Positions 46,963 through 57,663 of a DNA stretch of 64,000 nt are shown here, piece after piece. The stretch is taken from the IMG/VR virus record IMGVR_UViG_3300018475_000004. One strand, 5' to 3'. Origin of the DNA: a virus (lineage: Duplodnaviria > Heunggongvirae > Uroviricota > Caudoviricetes). The notes below the pieces were generated by a model. The model worked only from the letters and a program-made list of their open reading frames with translations, had not been told where the DNA came from and searched no databases. Position 1 is the stretch's first letter. Each line of letters starts with the position of its first letter. The position numbers and the translations under genes were made by a program.

Positions 46963-47230
46963 TTGGAAAGAAAGACGCACACTTGTCAAGCCTAAAAGTC
47001 AAGATTGGTCAATAGATTTGGAAAGAAAATATATGCCAATTCCTGCCATTTCCACAGAAAAACCTTGGCTTGATGCGCGTTACCCAACTGAGACATTACT
47101 TAAAATAATTGAAGATGTTATAGATCGAACTTTACCTCAAACGATGAATGAGTTTTTCGATCAATTTGTAGATGTAAAGGAGGTTCCTTATGGGAGACAT
47201 AATTCAGACACCGATCATCAGGGAAGTTGA
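46946..47230 (+). CDS. Hypothetical protein
   Basis: RBS gaggaag; overlaps neighbouring genes. Confidence 0.35.
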   Translation: MPHIVDWKERRTLVKPKSQDWSIDLERKYMPIPAISTEKPWLDARYPTETLLKIIEDVIDRTLPQTMNEFFDQFVDVKEVPYGRHNSDTDHQGS

Positions 47231-49565
47231 ACAAAGTTTCCTTGATTACAGTTTGAGTGTCATCACAGACAGAGCCATCCCTTCCGCAGAAGATGGTTTG
47301 AAGCCTGTTGCTCGTCGTATCCTTTGGGATATGTTCGACAAAGGCTATATGAATAATAAGAAATTTGTAAAGTGCGCCCAGCCCGTCGGTGACACCATGG
47401 GCCGTTTCCATCCTCATGGTGACAGTTCTATTTATGGTGCGCTGGTCTGGTTGAGTCAGCCTTGGAATATGCGATATCCGCTGATTCAATTCCATGGCAA
47501 TAATGGTAGTAGAGATGGTGATGAACCCGCTGCTTATCGTTATACTGAGTGTAAGCTATCTAAGGCTGGCGAAGAAATGTTAGCAGACATCAAGAAAGAT
47601 ACAGTAGATTGGCAGAACGCTTATACTGATGAAGAGCAAGAGCCTATTTATCTACCCGGTCGAGTTCCTAACTTGATTGTTAATGGTACTTCTGGCATTG
47701 CTGTTGCGATGGCTTGTAGTTTCGCCCCTCACAATATGAATGAAGTTATGGATGCGGCTATCCATGTCGCGCAGAACCCTGAATGTGATATCAAGGAAAT
47801 TTTGAATTACATTTCTGGACCTGACTTTCCCACCGGCGGAACAATTATCAATAAGGACGAACTGCCCGCAGCTTACCTAATGGGTAAGGGCAGAGCAAGG
47901 ATTCGGGGCGAATATGTTGTTGAATCTGATAAGAAAAGTGATAGTATCGTTTTTACTTCCATTCCCTACAAAGTTTCTAAAGAAGACCTTGTAAAAGAGA
48001 TTGATAAGCTCTGCGAAGAAGGTAAGTTAGAAGGTATTACCGCAATTCGAGATGAATCCAATAAAGATGGTGTGCGCTTTGTTATTGAAGTTGCTAAAGG
48101 AGTTTCTACTGAACCGATTATCGCAAAATTATTCAAGCTCACACGATTGGAAGATACTTACAGTTTCAATCAAGTTGCCCTTGTGGATAAAAAGCCTCAA
48201 CTATTGAATATCAAGCAACTTTTGGAGATTTATATTGATCACCAAAAGGATGTTCTACTAAGAAAAACAAAGTTTGAATTAGATAAGATTGCCGCACGAA
48301 TCCATATTTTAGAGGGTCTGTTAAAGGCACTAGAAAATATTGATAATATTATCGCACTTATCAAAAAGTCTGAAAGTGCGGCCGCTGCTAAAACTGCGCT
48401 TATGAGCCAGTATAACTTCTCTGAAGCCCAGGCAAAGGCAATCTTAGATATGAAGCTTTCTAAGTTGGCTAAATTGGAGAAGGTTGAAATTGAAACTGAG
48501 AGAAATGAAAAAATTCTTGAGTCCCAGCGATTGGAGAATATTCTTAAGAATCCAACTCCATCACTTGTGGAAGAATTCACCGAACTTAAAAAGCTTTATG
48601 GTGATGCTCGTAGAAGTACTATAACCCAGGTCGCTTCCACTAAGGAAGAAAAGGAAATTGAGTTCGTTGAACCTGAAAAGTGCGTTGTTATTATGACCGA
48701 AGGTGGTCTTGTCAAGCGCATCCCCGCAACCAGTTTCCGCACCCAGAAGAGAAATGGTAAAGGTGTAAAGACTCAAGATGACATTACTCATGCTGTTATC
48801 CGCACCAATACTATTGATTCTCTGATGATTTTCAGTAACAAGGGTAAGATGTATCGTCTACTTGTAAATGATGTTCCAGTAGGAACTAATGTAAGTAAGG
48901 GCACTTCTATCAAATCTCTAATCAATATGGAGATGGATGAACAGCCTGCGGTGATGTATTCTATCTATCGTGATACTGATGCTCAATATGTCCTGTTCGT
49001 GACCAAGAATGGTTTGGTCAAAAAGACCGCTTTAGATGAATATGTCAAGACCAAGAAGAAGACTGGCATTGCCGCAATCACTATCAAAGAGGGCGATGAG
49101 CTGGCTGCTGTTTCTCTAATCAAGGATGAACCTTTGATTATCGTAACTGAAAAGGGTTATGGTATCCATTTTGATTCTAAGGAAATTGGAGCTACTTCTA
49201 GAACCACTTCTGGTGTAAAGGGTATTACCTTGGGCGCCGAAGATAAGGTAGTCAGCGCAGTTCCAATCCGCAATAAGACTGATAAGTTAGCAATTTTTGT
49301 TCAGAATGGTCTGGCTAAGAAGTTTGACCTGTCTGAATTACCAATCCAGAAGCGTGGAGGTAAGGGTCTAATGTGCTACAAGCCTACTGATTCTACTGGA
49401 ATGGTAAGTGCGGCAACCTTAATTGAGGATGGGGATAGTATCTTGATTTTGGGTGATAAGAGCAGTATTTGTATTGAAGCATCTGAAATTCCCACTTTGG
49501 GCCGTCCTTCAATCGGTAATCAAGTAATCAAAGGAAATAAGGTTCTTTCTGTAAGTAAAGTATGA
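47190..49565 (+). CDS. Type IIA topoisomerase subunit A (GyrA/ParC-like)
   Basis: AAGGAGG RBS; 'SVITDRAIPSAEDGLKPVARRILW', 'HPHGDSSIYGALV'. Confidence 0.85.
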   Translation: MGDIIQTPIIREVEQSFLDYSLSVITDRAIPSAEDGLKPVARRILWDMFDKGYMNNKKFVKCAQPVGDTMGRFHPHGDSSIYGALVWLSQPWNMRYPLIQFHGNNGSRDGDEPAAYRYTECKLSKAGEEMLADIKKDTVDWQNAYTDEEQEPIYLPGRVPNLIVNGTSGIAVAMACSFAPHNMNEVMDAAIHVAQNPECDIKEILNYISGPDFPTGGTIINKDELPAAYLMGKGRARIRGEYVVESDKKSDSIVFTSIPYKVSKEDLVKEIDKLCEEGKLEGITAIRDESNKDGVRFVIEVAKGVSTEPIIAKLFKLTRLEDTYSFNQVALVDKKPQLLNIKQLLEIYIDHQKDVLLRKTKFELDKIAARIHILEGLLKALENIDNIIALIKKSESAAAAKTALMSQYNFSEAQAKAILDMKLSKLAKLEKVEIETERNEKILESQRLENILKNPTPSLVEEFTELKKLYGDARRSTITQVASTKEEKEIEFVEPEKCVVIMTEGGLVKRIPATSFRTQKRNGKGVKTQDDITHAVIRTNTIDSLMIFSNKGKMYRLLVNDVPVGTNVSKGTSIKSLINMEMDEQPAVMYSIYRDTDAQYVLFVTKNGLVKKTALDEYVKTKKKTGIAAITIKEGDELAAVSLIKDEPLIIVTEKGYGIHFDSKEIGATSRTTSGVKGITLGAEDKVVSAVPIRNKTDKLAIFVQNGLAKKFDLSELPIQKRGGKGLMCYKPTDSTGMVSAATLIEDGDSILILGDKSSICIEASEIPTLGRPSIGNQVIKGNKVLSVSKV

Positions 49566-49933
49566 TGATTTTGAGTGAATATTATAGCCGTCCCAACTCT
49601 ATTGGTTGGGACGAGCTAGATGATAAAGATGCGCTTGTAAGTTCTTATCATGAAGACAGAGTTCAATCTCAGGTGGTAAATTTAGAAAGTCTAAAAGGTT
49701 TTCTAAATCGCCATTATGAATATGCACATAATTATGATTATTATATGAGTGAAGATACTTTTGATTTACTCTGTCAAAGTAAAGGAGTAAAAATGAATAG
49801 TATTGTTGCTCCAAGTGAATTGCAAATGGATGGATTGCATATTGTACCAAGACTCAATTTTTTGAAAATTGGTGAAATTTTAGCCATTCCACATCATGAT
49901 TATGAGCATTTTGAACCCACGCTTATAGGCTAA
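49562..49933 (+). CDS. Hypothetical protein (123 aa)
   Basis: ATG overlaps the preceding TGA. Confidence 0.4.
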   Translation: MMILSEYYSRPNSIGWDELDDKDALVSSYHEDRVQSQVVNLESLKGFLNRHYEYAHNYDYYMSEDTFDLLCQSKGVKMNSIVAPSELQMDGLHIVPRLNFLKIGEILAIPHHDYEHFEPTLIG

Positions 49934-49939
49934 ACTTAC

Positions 49940-49968
49940 TTGACAAAAGAAAAAATTTTTTATATAAT
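49940..49968 (+). promoter_or_regulatory. Sigma-A-type promoter (TTGACA-17-TATAAT)
   Basis: ttgacaaaagaaaaaattttttatataat. Confidence 0.65.
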
Positions 49969-49993
49969 ATATTTGTAATTAAGGAGAATAATA

Positions 49994-51982
49994 ATGGATA
50001 GTATCTATGATAAAATTCATTATTTAGTAGCTATCTTAAATGATGCTACTAAAAAATATGATGAAGGAAATCCAATAATTACAGACGAAGAATGGGATAA
50101 TAAATATTTTGAGTTGAAACAATTAGAAGAAGAAACTGGATTAGTCCTTCCTAATTCTCCTACTCAAGTTATTACTTATGAAGTAGTAAATGCTTTATCA
50201 AAAGCAGAACATAATCATAAGATGTTATCCTTAGAAAAAACTAAATCTTCAAAGGAAGTATTAGATTTTGTCGGAAATAAATTATTCCTGGCAATGTGTA
50301 AGATGGATGGTCTTACTTGTTCTCTTACTTACCGTAATGGAGAATTAGTTGCTGCGGAGACTCGGGGCAACGGATTAGTTGGTGAAGATATTTTACATAA
50401 CGCAAGAGTTCTTTCTTCTATTCCGCGTAAAATCCCATATACTGATGAACTGGTAATTGATGGTGAAATTATTTGCACATATGATGATTTCCAAGAGTTC
50501 AGTAATCAGTATCGGAACCCAAGAAATTTCGCTGCAGGTAGTATTCGTCTATTAGATGCCAAGGAATGTGCGGCCCGCAGGCTCACATTTGTGGTATGGG
50601 ATGTTATTTCTTCCATCTACTTTGAAGATGGAGTGGAATATCGGTTAGACCAAAAGCTTGAATTACTTCGTCCTTTTGGATTTACAATTGTCCCATTTGT
50701 TCCACTAACAGGTCAAGCAGTTAATCAAGTGAACATTGAACACGTAATTGATGCGATTAGAAATACTGCAAAAATTCATTCTTATCCCATTGATGGCGTA
50801 GTATTCAAATTTGCGGACTGTGCATACGGACGTTCTCTTGGCGAAACGACACATCACTTCAAAAATGCGTTGGCATTTAAGTTCTATGATGATACCTACA
50901 CTACCAGGCTTTTGGATATCGAATGGACGATGGGTAGAACAGGCGTTTTGACTCCCGTCGCAATCTTTGAACCAGTCGATATTGATGGTTCTACCGTAGA
51001 AAGAGCAAGTTTACACAATATCAGTGTTATGGCAGGAATTTTTGCCCCTCTTGGTCCGCATAAGTATCAAGAGATTGAAGTATTCAAGGCTAATATGATT
51101 ATTCCGCAGATTGCTTCTGCTAGTAAGGAAGGCTTATATGAAGAGAATAAGATTCTTATTCCTCATGAGTGTCCTGTTTGCGGCGGAATGACTCAGCATT
51201 GGGGCGTGAATGATTCCGTTGTGTTGATTTGTATTGATTCCGGATGTCCTGGTAAGTTGATTAACCGATTAGATCATTTCTGTGGTAAGAAGGGCCTTGA
51301 TATGAAGGGTATTTCTAAAGCCACTCTAGAGAAATTGATTGATTGGGGTTGGGTAAGTAAATGCTCCGACATTTTTGATTTGGCTACTCATAAAGAAGAA
51401 TGGATTAAAAAACCTGGATTTGGTGTCAAATCCGTCGAGAAGGTATTTAATGCCATTAGTACTGGTTCTCACTGTGAACTTCATCAGTTCATTGCGGCTC
51501 TTGGTATTCCGTTGATTGGTTCAACGGCTTCTAAGGAATTGGTCAAGCATTTCAAGACTTGGGAAGATTTTGTAGTGGCTGTGGATAGTAAGTATCCATT
51601 CTATCAGCTTTCCGGTTTTGGAGGCGAGATGCATCGTAATCTAATCGATTTTGATTACTCCGAAGCAAAATATATTGCTGACCATTTTATTCAATTTAAT
51701 TCTCCAGAAGCAAAGGTTGAGGAGACTGCGGAAGGTGCTGTTGATTTAACAGGAAAAACCTTTGTAATTACTGGAAAGCTCACTCATTTCAAGAATCGGG
51801 ATGCTTTGAAAGCTAAAATTGAGGCTCTTGGTGGTAAGGTAACAGGTTCTGTTAGCAAGAATACTAATTATCTTATCAATAATGATGTGAACTCGACCTC
51901 TTCAAAGAATCAAGCTGCGAAGTCTTTGGGGGTTGCGATCTTGTCAGAAACCGACTTCATTGAGACATTTGGAATCGTGTAA
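49994..51982 (+). CDS. ligA: NAD-dependent DNA ligase
   Basis: Adenylation motif 'CKMDGLTCSL'; Zn finger 'CPVCGG'; C-terminal BRCT. Confidence 0.85.
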   Translation: MDSIYDKIHYLVAILNDATKKYDEGNPIITDEEWDNKYFELKQLEEETGLVLPNSPTQVITYEVVNALSKAEHNHKMLSLEKTKSSKEVLDFVGNKLFLAMCKMDGLTCSLTYRNGELVAAETRGNGLVGEDILHNARVLSSIPRKIPYTDELVIDGEIICTYDDFQEFSNQYRNPRNFAAGSIRLLDAKECAARRLTFVVWDVISSIYFEDGVEYRLDQKLELLRPFGFTIVPFVPLTGQAVNQVNIEHVIDAIRNTAKIHSYPIDGVVFKFADCAYGRSLGETTHHFKNALAFKFYDDTYTTRLLDIEWTMGRTGVLTPVAIFEPVDIDGSTVERASLHNISVMAGIFAPLGPHKYQEIEVFKANMIIPQIASASKEGLYEENKILIPHECPVCGGMTQHWGVNDSVVLICIDSGCPGKLINRLDHFCGKKGLDMKGISKATLEKLIDWGWVSKCSDIFDLATHKEEWIKKPGFGVKSVEKVFNAISTGSHCELHQFIAALGIPLIGSTASKELVKHFKTWEDFVVAVDSKYPFYQLSGFGGEMHRNLIDFDYSEAKYIADHFIQFNSPEAKVEETAEGAVDLTGKTFVITGKLTHFKNRDALKAKIEALGGKVTGSVSKNTNYLINNDVNSTSSKNQAAKSLGVAILSETDFIETFGIV

Positions 51983-52011
51983 TTGACAAAACGAAAAATT
52001 TTTTGTATAAT
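51983..52011 (+). promoter_or_regulatory. Sigma-A-type promoter (TTGACA-17-TgTATAAT)
   Basis: ttgacaaaacgaaaaattttttgtataat. Confidence 0.65.
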
Positions 52012-52044
52012 AAAATCGTAAAGATTAAGGATGAAAATTTTCAA

Positions 52045-52236
52045 ATGAAGAAAAAAGAAATGAAAAACTTGGCGGTCAAGATCGCTAAGTGCGAGAGGAT
52101 CATTATGAAGAATGAAGATCCTAAGGCTGTCAAGCAGGCAGAAGAAGAAATTATGAGAATCTCAAGTAGCGTACACAGTCTGGAAGATATGGTCGCTATT
52201 GACGAACTTGTAATGGAATTGCTTGAAAAAAATTAA
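52045..52236 (+). CDS. Small coiled-coil protein (63 aa)
   Basis: ATG 52045 lies downstream of the promoter. ORF-track start 52003 lies inside the promoter. Confidence 0.35.
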   Translation: MKKKEMKNLAVKIAKCERIIMKNEDPKAVKQAEEEIMRISSSVHSLEDMVAIDELVMELLEKN

Positions 52237-52244
52237 AAAATTTC

Positions 52245-52273
52245 TTGACATTTCAAAAATTTTTTGATATAAT
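52245..52273 (+). promoter_or_regulatory. Sigma-A-type promoter (TTGACA-17-TATAAT)
   Basis: ttgacatttcaaaaattttttgatataat. Confidence 0.65.
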
Positions 52274-52340
52274 ATTTACATAACCAATCAGGTTACAAAA
52301 TTAACTAAAAAATATTATTTATTAAAGGAGATTATTTACT

Positions 52341-52616
52341 ATGGCTATGAGCGATAATTCTAAGAAGGTTCTAAATTACATGAAGGAGATTAATGGCGCT
52401 GACGTAACTGCTGCTGACGTTGCTGCTGCTTTGGGTCTGGAAAAGCGTCAGGTTGATGGTATCTTCACCAGTGCTATTCAGAGAAAGGGCTACGGTGTTC
52501 GTATTCCCGCAGAAGTTGAGCTGGAAGATGGCTCCCACAAGCCTGTCAAGTTCCTGAAGCTGACTGACGCAGGTATGGCTTTCGATCCCGATGCCGTTGT
52601 TGAAGCTGCTGAGTAA
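52341..52616 (+). CDS. Hypothetical protein (91 aa), GC-rich coding sequence
   Basis: AAAGGAG RBS; TAA stop. Confidence 0.5.
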   Translation: MAMSDNSKKVLNYMKEINGADVTAADVAAALGLEKRQVDGIFTSAIQRKGYGVRIPAEVELEDGSHKPVKFLKLTDAGMAFDPDAVVEAAE

Positions 52617-52630
52617 TTTTGACATATACC

Positions 52631-52668
52631 AGGCGTAAGATTGAAATATATCTTACGCCTTCTTTTTT
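52631..52668 (+). terminator. Terminator (aggcgtaagat...atcttacgcct plus T6)
   Basis: Seen in sequence. Confidence 0.75.
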
Positions 52669-53631
52669 GATATGAGTTATATAATTATTTTTCTACTTGC
52701 GGCAATTATAAGTGGATTAGTTGTTTATCTAACTCTAAAACCAAAATTACGATAGACTGTTCAAATCAATAGTTCAATTATTGAATAGAATAGAAAACTT
52801 GAGTTAGAAAATAAACAACTCATTGAATCAAATTCCATTTTGGACCAAGAGCACACAAAACTTGTTCTTGAAAGAGGTCGTGAAAATGACCGTCTTGAAA
52901 ATTTGCGTTCAACAATAAAAGTTGCTGAGGAACAAGCTACTGAGGCCGCAAATGCTCTATATAAGTCTAAGATGGATGCTATGAAAGATTGCTTCGCGAA
53001 AGATGCAGTTCGCGCAGCGTAGGAGCATCAAGAAAATGTTGAAGCATTTCAAAGACAATATGAAGAAACTGTCGCACACTTTATGGAACAATATCGCCAA
53101 ATGGCTGATAACGTTAGTGCTATGCGTGCGATTAATGATGCCGCCGTCCTGGCCGCCAAAAGAGCAGAAGAAATGAAAACAGCAAAGGATTTTTATCGTA
53201 TTCAACTAAATGATATTGACGTTGAGGAAATCAAAGCCTTGCGGTCAATTGAACATTTATTGAGAGATAAAGAGCCTTTGAATAAAGTTATTTGGAAATG
53301 TTATTACGAAAAACCAACCACTGATTTGATTGGCAGAGTAATTGGCGGAGGAATCCATACCGGCATTTATAAAATAACTGAAATTGAAACTGGAAAATGT
53401 TATGTTGGTCAAGCTGCTAACTTAGCAGACCGTTGGAAACAACATATCAAGCGTGGCGTCGGCGCAGATGCCCCAACCCGCAATAAACTTTATCCTGCAA
53501 TGATTGCGGCAGGTCCAGAAAATTTCACCTTTGAAGTCATTGAAGAATGCACTCGTGCGCTCTTGGATGAACGAGAAGACTACTGGCAGGATTATTTCAA
53601 AGCAAAAGAATTTGGATATAGTATAAAGTAA
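52669..53631 (+). CDS. GIY-YIG nuclease-domain protein. The core is 53083..53631. The upstream in-frame coiled-coil region (from 52840) and a possible N-terminal TM segment (from 52669) are joined only if the TAGs at 52753, 52786 and 53020 are read through.
   Basis: 'GIYKITEIETGKCYVGQAANLADRWKQH' is the GIY-YIG motif. ORF-track entries 52840..53022 and 53083..53631 share a frame and are separated by a single TAG. No clear RBS precedes any candidate start. Confidence 0.4.
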
Positions 53632-53642
53632 GGAGAGTTTTT

Positions 53643-53918
53643 ATGTACAGAATTATTGATGGTCGCAGTTCTGGCAAGACCGGTAGATTGATGCTCCTGG
53701 CTAAGGAGAAAAATGCCGCAATCGCTTGCTCCAATCCTTCTGCCATGCGCCAAAAAGCATATGCTTATGGAATCACTGGAATTGATTTTATCAGTTATAG
53801 TGAATTATTTAATGGCGAATGGACCGAAGAAGATGTTCTGATTGATGAACTGGAAGAATTTGTCAAGCAGTATATTGATGCCTCCATCGTAGGCTACTCT
53901 CTAACAAATGAGGATTAA
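53643..53918 (+). CDS. Hypothetical protein (91 aa)
   Basis: RBS aaggagag; TAA stop. Confidence 0.4.
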   Translation: MYRIIDGRSSGKTGRLMLLAKEKNAAIACSNPSAMRQKAYAYGITGIDFISYSELFNGEWTEEDVLIDELEEFVKQYIDASIVGYSLTNED

Positions 53919-53921
53919 GTT

Positions 53922-54782
53922 ATGACAAAAGCAGATAAGTATATGTATGATATGATAAAAAGAATTTTGGCTGAGGGAACAAAAGATGTAAATCCTCGTC
54001 CAAAATATGCGGATGGCACTCCCGCACACACTTATTTTGTAAACCATACTTTCAGACAGTATGATTTGAGTAAGGGTGAATTTCCTATTTGTACTCTTCG
54101 TCCCATGGCTTGGAAAACTGGTATTAGAGAAATCTTTACTATTTATCAAAAACCAACCAATAATATTGCTAAAATGCATGAAATGGGTGTAAATTGGTGG
54201 GATGAGTGGGATATTGGTGATGGTACTATCGGACAGCGTTATGGTGCAACCATTGACCGTTATGATTTATTCAAAACTAATGTTTTGGATTCTATTAAGA
54301 AAGATCCATATGGTCGTCGCAAGATTTGTTCTTTGTGGCAAGAAACTGACCTGAGAGAGACTCCTGGATTGGCTCCATGTGCATTCATGACCATTTGGAA
54401 TGTGCGTGATGGCTTCCTTGATATGATGCTGGTTCAGCGTAGTGGCGATATGCTTACTGCTTCTGGTCCAGGAGGAATCAACGAAATTCAGTATGCGGCT
54501 TTGCTGATGATGACTGCGGCCGACACTGGTTTGACTCCTGGTGTTTTCACTCATATTGTAGCTAATGAGCATATCTATGACAGACACATCAATGCTGCTT
54601 ATGAAATGCTCCGCAGATATGATGAATTTTATCCAGAGGGAGCGCAAGTAAAATCCCCTACTCCAAGTCTGTTTTTGAACACTGACCGCACAAGTAATTT
54701 CTACGAATTTACTATCGATGATTTTACTATGTTCGCATATAATCCTATCAAACCTCAATTGACATTGGAGTTGGGTATATGA
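53922..54782 (+). CDS. thyA: Thymidylate synthase
   Basis: 'PICTLRPMAWK', 'LAPCAFMTIWNV', 'LVQRSGDM'. Confidence 0.85.
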   Translation: MTKADKYMYDMIKRILAEGTKDVNPRPKYADGTPAHTYFVNHTFRQYDLSKGEFPICTLRPMAWKTGIREIFTIYQKPTNNIAKMHEMGVNWWDEWDIGDGTIGQRYGATIDRYDLFKTNVLDSIKKDPYGRRKICSLWQETDLRETPGLAPCAFMTIWNVRDGFLDMMLVQRSGDMLTASGPGGINEIQYAALLMMTAADTGLTPGVFTHIVANEHIYDRHINAAYEMLRRYDEFYPEGAQVKSPTPSLFLNTDRTSNFYEFTIDDFTMFAYNPIKPQLTLELGI

Positions 54783-55270
54783 TTTCCGCAATCGTTGCTG
54801 TGGATAATAATTGGGGAATTGGTTATAATGGCCAGCTTTTGGAACGAATCCCCGAAGATATGAAATACTTCAAGGCTCTCACAGATGACCATATGATTAT
54901 TATGGGTCGTAAAACCTGGGAGAGCCTTCCAGGCCCTTTACCAAATCGCTTCCATCTTGTTCTAACTCGCAATCCAGAGAACGATCCTTCTCTACATGAC
55001 AGATGGTTTGCCGATTGGAAAGAGGGAGTTAATATGATGTTATATCATCCCATTGATTCTTTCGTTATTGGCGGAGGGCAAATATATAAAGAACTACTGC
55101 CTCTTTGTGACCGAGTATATGTAACTAAGATTTACAAAGACCACGAAAATGTTGATACATATTTCCCGAATCTAGATGAATCGGATGAATGGGCGCCAGC
55201 TTGTTGTAGCGACATTCGAACATATAATGATTTATCTTATCAATTCTGGCAATATGATAGAATTAGTTGA
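54779..55270 (+). CDS. Dihydrofolate reductase
   Basis: 'MISAIVAVDNNWGIGYNGQL...IIMGRKTWESLP'. Confidence 0.8.
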   Translation: MISAIVAVDNNWGIGYNGQLLERIPEDMKYFKALTDDHMIIMGRKTWESLPGPLPNRFHLVLTRNPENDPSLHDRWFADWKEGVNMMLYHPIDSFVIGGGQIYKELLPLCDRVYVTKIYKDHENVDTYFPNLDESDEWAPACCSDIRTYNDLSYQFWQYDRIS

Positions 55271-55295
55271 TTTTTCTAAATAAAATTGTTATAAT
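55267..55295 (+). promoter_or_regulatory. Cassette-variant promoter
   Basis: ttgatttttctaaataaaattgttataat. Confidence 0.6.
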
Positions 55296-55336
55296 ATATA
55301 CATAAGGTAAATAAAGAAAGTGAGTTATAAATAACT

Positions 55337-55696
55337 ATGAGTAAAAAGCAAGAATTTATTAAGTATGTAAATGAATTGATTGATGCAACCAAGGCAGATC
55401 CTGTTCCTATGAATGAGGAAGCACAGCTGTATTGGACTGCATTCTGTGGCTTGGACGAAAATGGAGAAAAGCCTCTATTCACTGATAATGGTAAGCTGAT
55501 TCTTCAGTTCTTACAGAATCACCAGGAGACTCCTATGTGGAAGGCAAGAGATATTGCCGAAGGACTATTTATCAGTTCTCGTGCGGTGTCTGGTGCTATG
55601 CGAAAGCTAGTCACTGATGGTTTTGTCGAGAAAGTCGGCCAAGACCCAGTAATCTATTCTATTACTGAAAATGGAAAGAATATTACTATTGAATAA
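55337..55696 (+). CDS. Hypothetical protein, possible winged-helix (MarR-like) C-terminus
   Basis: ORF; TAA stop. Confidence 0.45.
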   Translation: MSKKQEFIKYVNELIDATKADPVPMNEEAQLYWTAFCGLDENGEKPLFTDNGKLILQFLQNHQETPMWKARDIAEGLFISSRAVSGAMRKLVTDGFVEKVGQDPVIYSITENGKNITIE

Positions 55697-55713
55697 GGAG
55701 ATTTATTTTAATT

Positions 55714-56658
55714 ATGAAAAAGACTATGATTAATCAGACTCACATCGAGGGTGTATTGTACGAACACGCTTTGGAAGCCAAGGTTTCTGGTGATACTTCC
55801 AAGAATCCTGGCACTCCCTTCATCACCGGTACTATCAGTATCGCAACTGATGATGCCATGACCAACATTGTTCCTGTTCACTTCACTTATGTGACTGCCA
55901 CTTTTGGTTCTGGTAAGCCTAACGACACTTACACCACTCTTTCTAATATCATCAATGGTACTTTTGGTACTTATATGAAGGATGGCGCCGATAAGGCTGT
56001 TAAGCTTCGTGTTGATTCTGCCCTGGGCTTGAATGAGTTCTATACTGACCGTAATGGTAAGGAAGAGCTGGTTTCTGCAAAGCGTAACGAGGGTGGTTTC
56101 GTTCACAAGGTTGACGCTCTGGACGAGGACGAAAAGGTCCGTAACACTTTCAAGGCTGATATGATTATCACCTGCGTTACTCACGTTGACGCTGATGAAG
56201 AGAAGAGCTTGCCTGAAAAGTGCGTTGTCAAGGGTGCTATCTTCAACTTCCGTAAGGATTTGATGCCTATCGAATTCAGTGCTACCAACCCCAATGCTAT
56301 GAGATACTTTGAGGGTCTGGAAGCTTCTCAGAAGAATCCTGTCTTCACCTGTGTCTGGGGCCGCCAGGTTTCTGAGACTGTTGTAAAGCAGATTCGTACT
56401 GAATCCGCCTTCGGTGAAGATGAAGTTCGTGAGGTAAAGAACACTCGTCGTGACTTCGTTATTACTGGCGCTGCTAAGGAGCCTTATGTTTGGGACGATG
56501 AAGGTTCTATCACCGTTGCTGAACTGAACGAGGCTATCCAGAAGCGTGAAGTTGATTTGGCTGCTATGAAGAAGCGTCAGGATGAATACAAGGCATCCCG
56601 TAACGCTGCTCCTAAGGCTGGCGCTGCTGCTCCTGCCGCTGGTGGCTTCAATTTCTAA
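55714..56658 (+). CDS. Putative ssDNA-binding protein (gp2.5-like; Gly/Ala-rich tail ending in FNF)
   Basis: Sits beside the RecA-like ATPase; the aromatic C-terminal residue resembles T7 gp2.5. The call is weak. Confidence 0.35.
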   Translation: MKKTMINQTHIEGVLYEHALEAKVSGDTSKNPGTPFITGTISIATDDAMTNIVPVHFTYVTATFGSGKPNDTYTTLSNIINGTFGTYMKDGADKAVKLRVDSALGLNEFYTDRNGKEELVSAKRNEGGFVHKVDALDEDEKVRNTFKADMIITCVTHVDADEEKSLPEKCVVKGAIFNFRKDLMPIEFSATNPNAMRYFEGLEASQKNPVFTCVWGRQVSETVVKQIRTESAFGEDEVREVKNTRRDFVITGAAKEPYVWDDEGSITVAELNEAIQKREVDLAAMKKRQDEYKASRNAAPKAGAAAPAAGGFNF

Positions 56659-56682
56659 TCAAATCTGAGGAGGACATAAAAT

Positions 56683-57654
56683 ATGGCTATTGATTTATTG
56701 GCTTTGAAGCCTCACAAGGTTTCTCGTGACCTAAGTGGTTACATTACTTATATTTATGGCGCTCCTAAGTGCGGCAAGACCACTCTTGCCGCCCAGATGG
56801 ATAAGCCTCTATTGCTGGCTTTCGAGCCTGGTTACCACGCACTGCCTGGTATCATGGCACAGGATATTACTTCTTGGGCCGAAATGAAGCAGGTTTATCG
56901 TCAGTTGAAGATGCCTGAGGTCAAGGAAATGTATAACTGTGTTATCGTTGATACTATCGATATTGCCGCTGATCGTTGTAAAAAGTATATCTGCAATCAG
57001 AATGGCATCGAAGACCTGGGTGATATGGGTTACGGCAAGGGCTGGACTAAGTTCAAGGATGAATTCAACGAAGTCTTCCGTGGACTAACTCAACTGGGTT
57101 ATGCTGTGTTCTTCATCGGACACGAAAAGCTGGAGAGTATTGATAATCCTGATGGTACTAAGACCACCAAGATTCGTCCTCAGTTGAGCAATTCTACCAA
57201 GACCGTTATCGCTGGTATGGCTGACATTTATGGTTATGCTCATCAGAAGGCCGCCGGTGAAATGTCTGTTCTAACTCTGCGTGATGGCTCTGGTATTATT
57301 GAGTGCGGCTGCCGCTTCAAGCATATGCCTGTTGAGATTACTATGAGCTATAAGAACTTGATCGATGCTCTAAATGAAGCTATCGATAAGGAAGCAGTCG
57401 AAACTGCTGGTCAGTTCGTAACCAATGAGCGCATTGTTGCTCCCGTTGAAGTTTCTTATAATTATGAGGCTCTGATGGGTGAGTTCCAGGATCTGGTTGG
57501 ACAGCTGATGAGCAAGGGCACTACCAATGGCCCCAAGATCACTGCTGTTGTTGAGAAGTATCTTGGTAAGGGCAAGAAGGTAAGTGATACCACTCCCGAG
57601 CAGGCTGAGTTTGTAAGCCTAATCGTTAGCGATATTAAGGCTGACCTGATGTAA
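56683..57654 (+). CDS. RecA-like recombination ATPase (AAA_24/Sak4-like)
   Basis: Walker A 'YGAPKCGKTT'; typical phage AAA_24 layout. Confidence 0.6.
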   Translation: MAIDLLALKPHKVSRDLSGYITYIYGAPKCGKTTLAAQMDKPLLLAFEPGYHALPGIMAQDITSWAEMKQVYRQLKMPEVKEMYNCVIVDTIDIAADRCKKYICNQNGIEDLGDMGYGKGWTKFKDEFNEVFRGLTQLGYAVFFIGHEKLESIDNPDGTKTTKIRPQLSNSTKTVIAGMADIYGYAHQKAAGEMSVLTLRDGSGIIECGCRFKHMPVEITMSYKNLIDALNEAIDKEAVETAGQFVTNERIVAPVEVSYNYEALMGEFQDLVGQLMSKGTTNGPKITAVVEKYLGKGKKVSDTTPEQAEFVSLIVSDIKADLM

Positions 57655-57663
57655 TATTTATGT

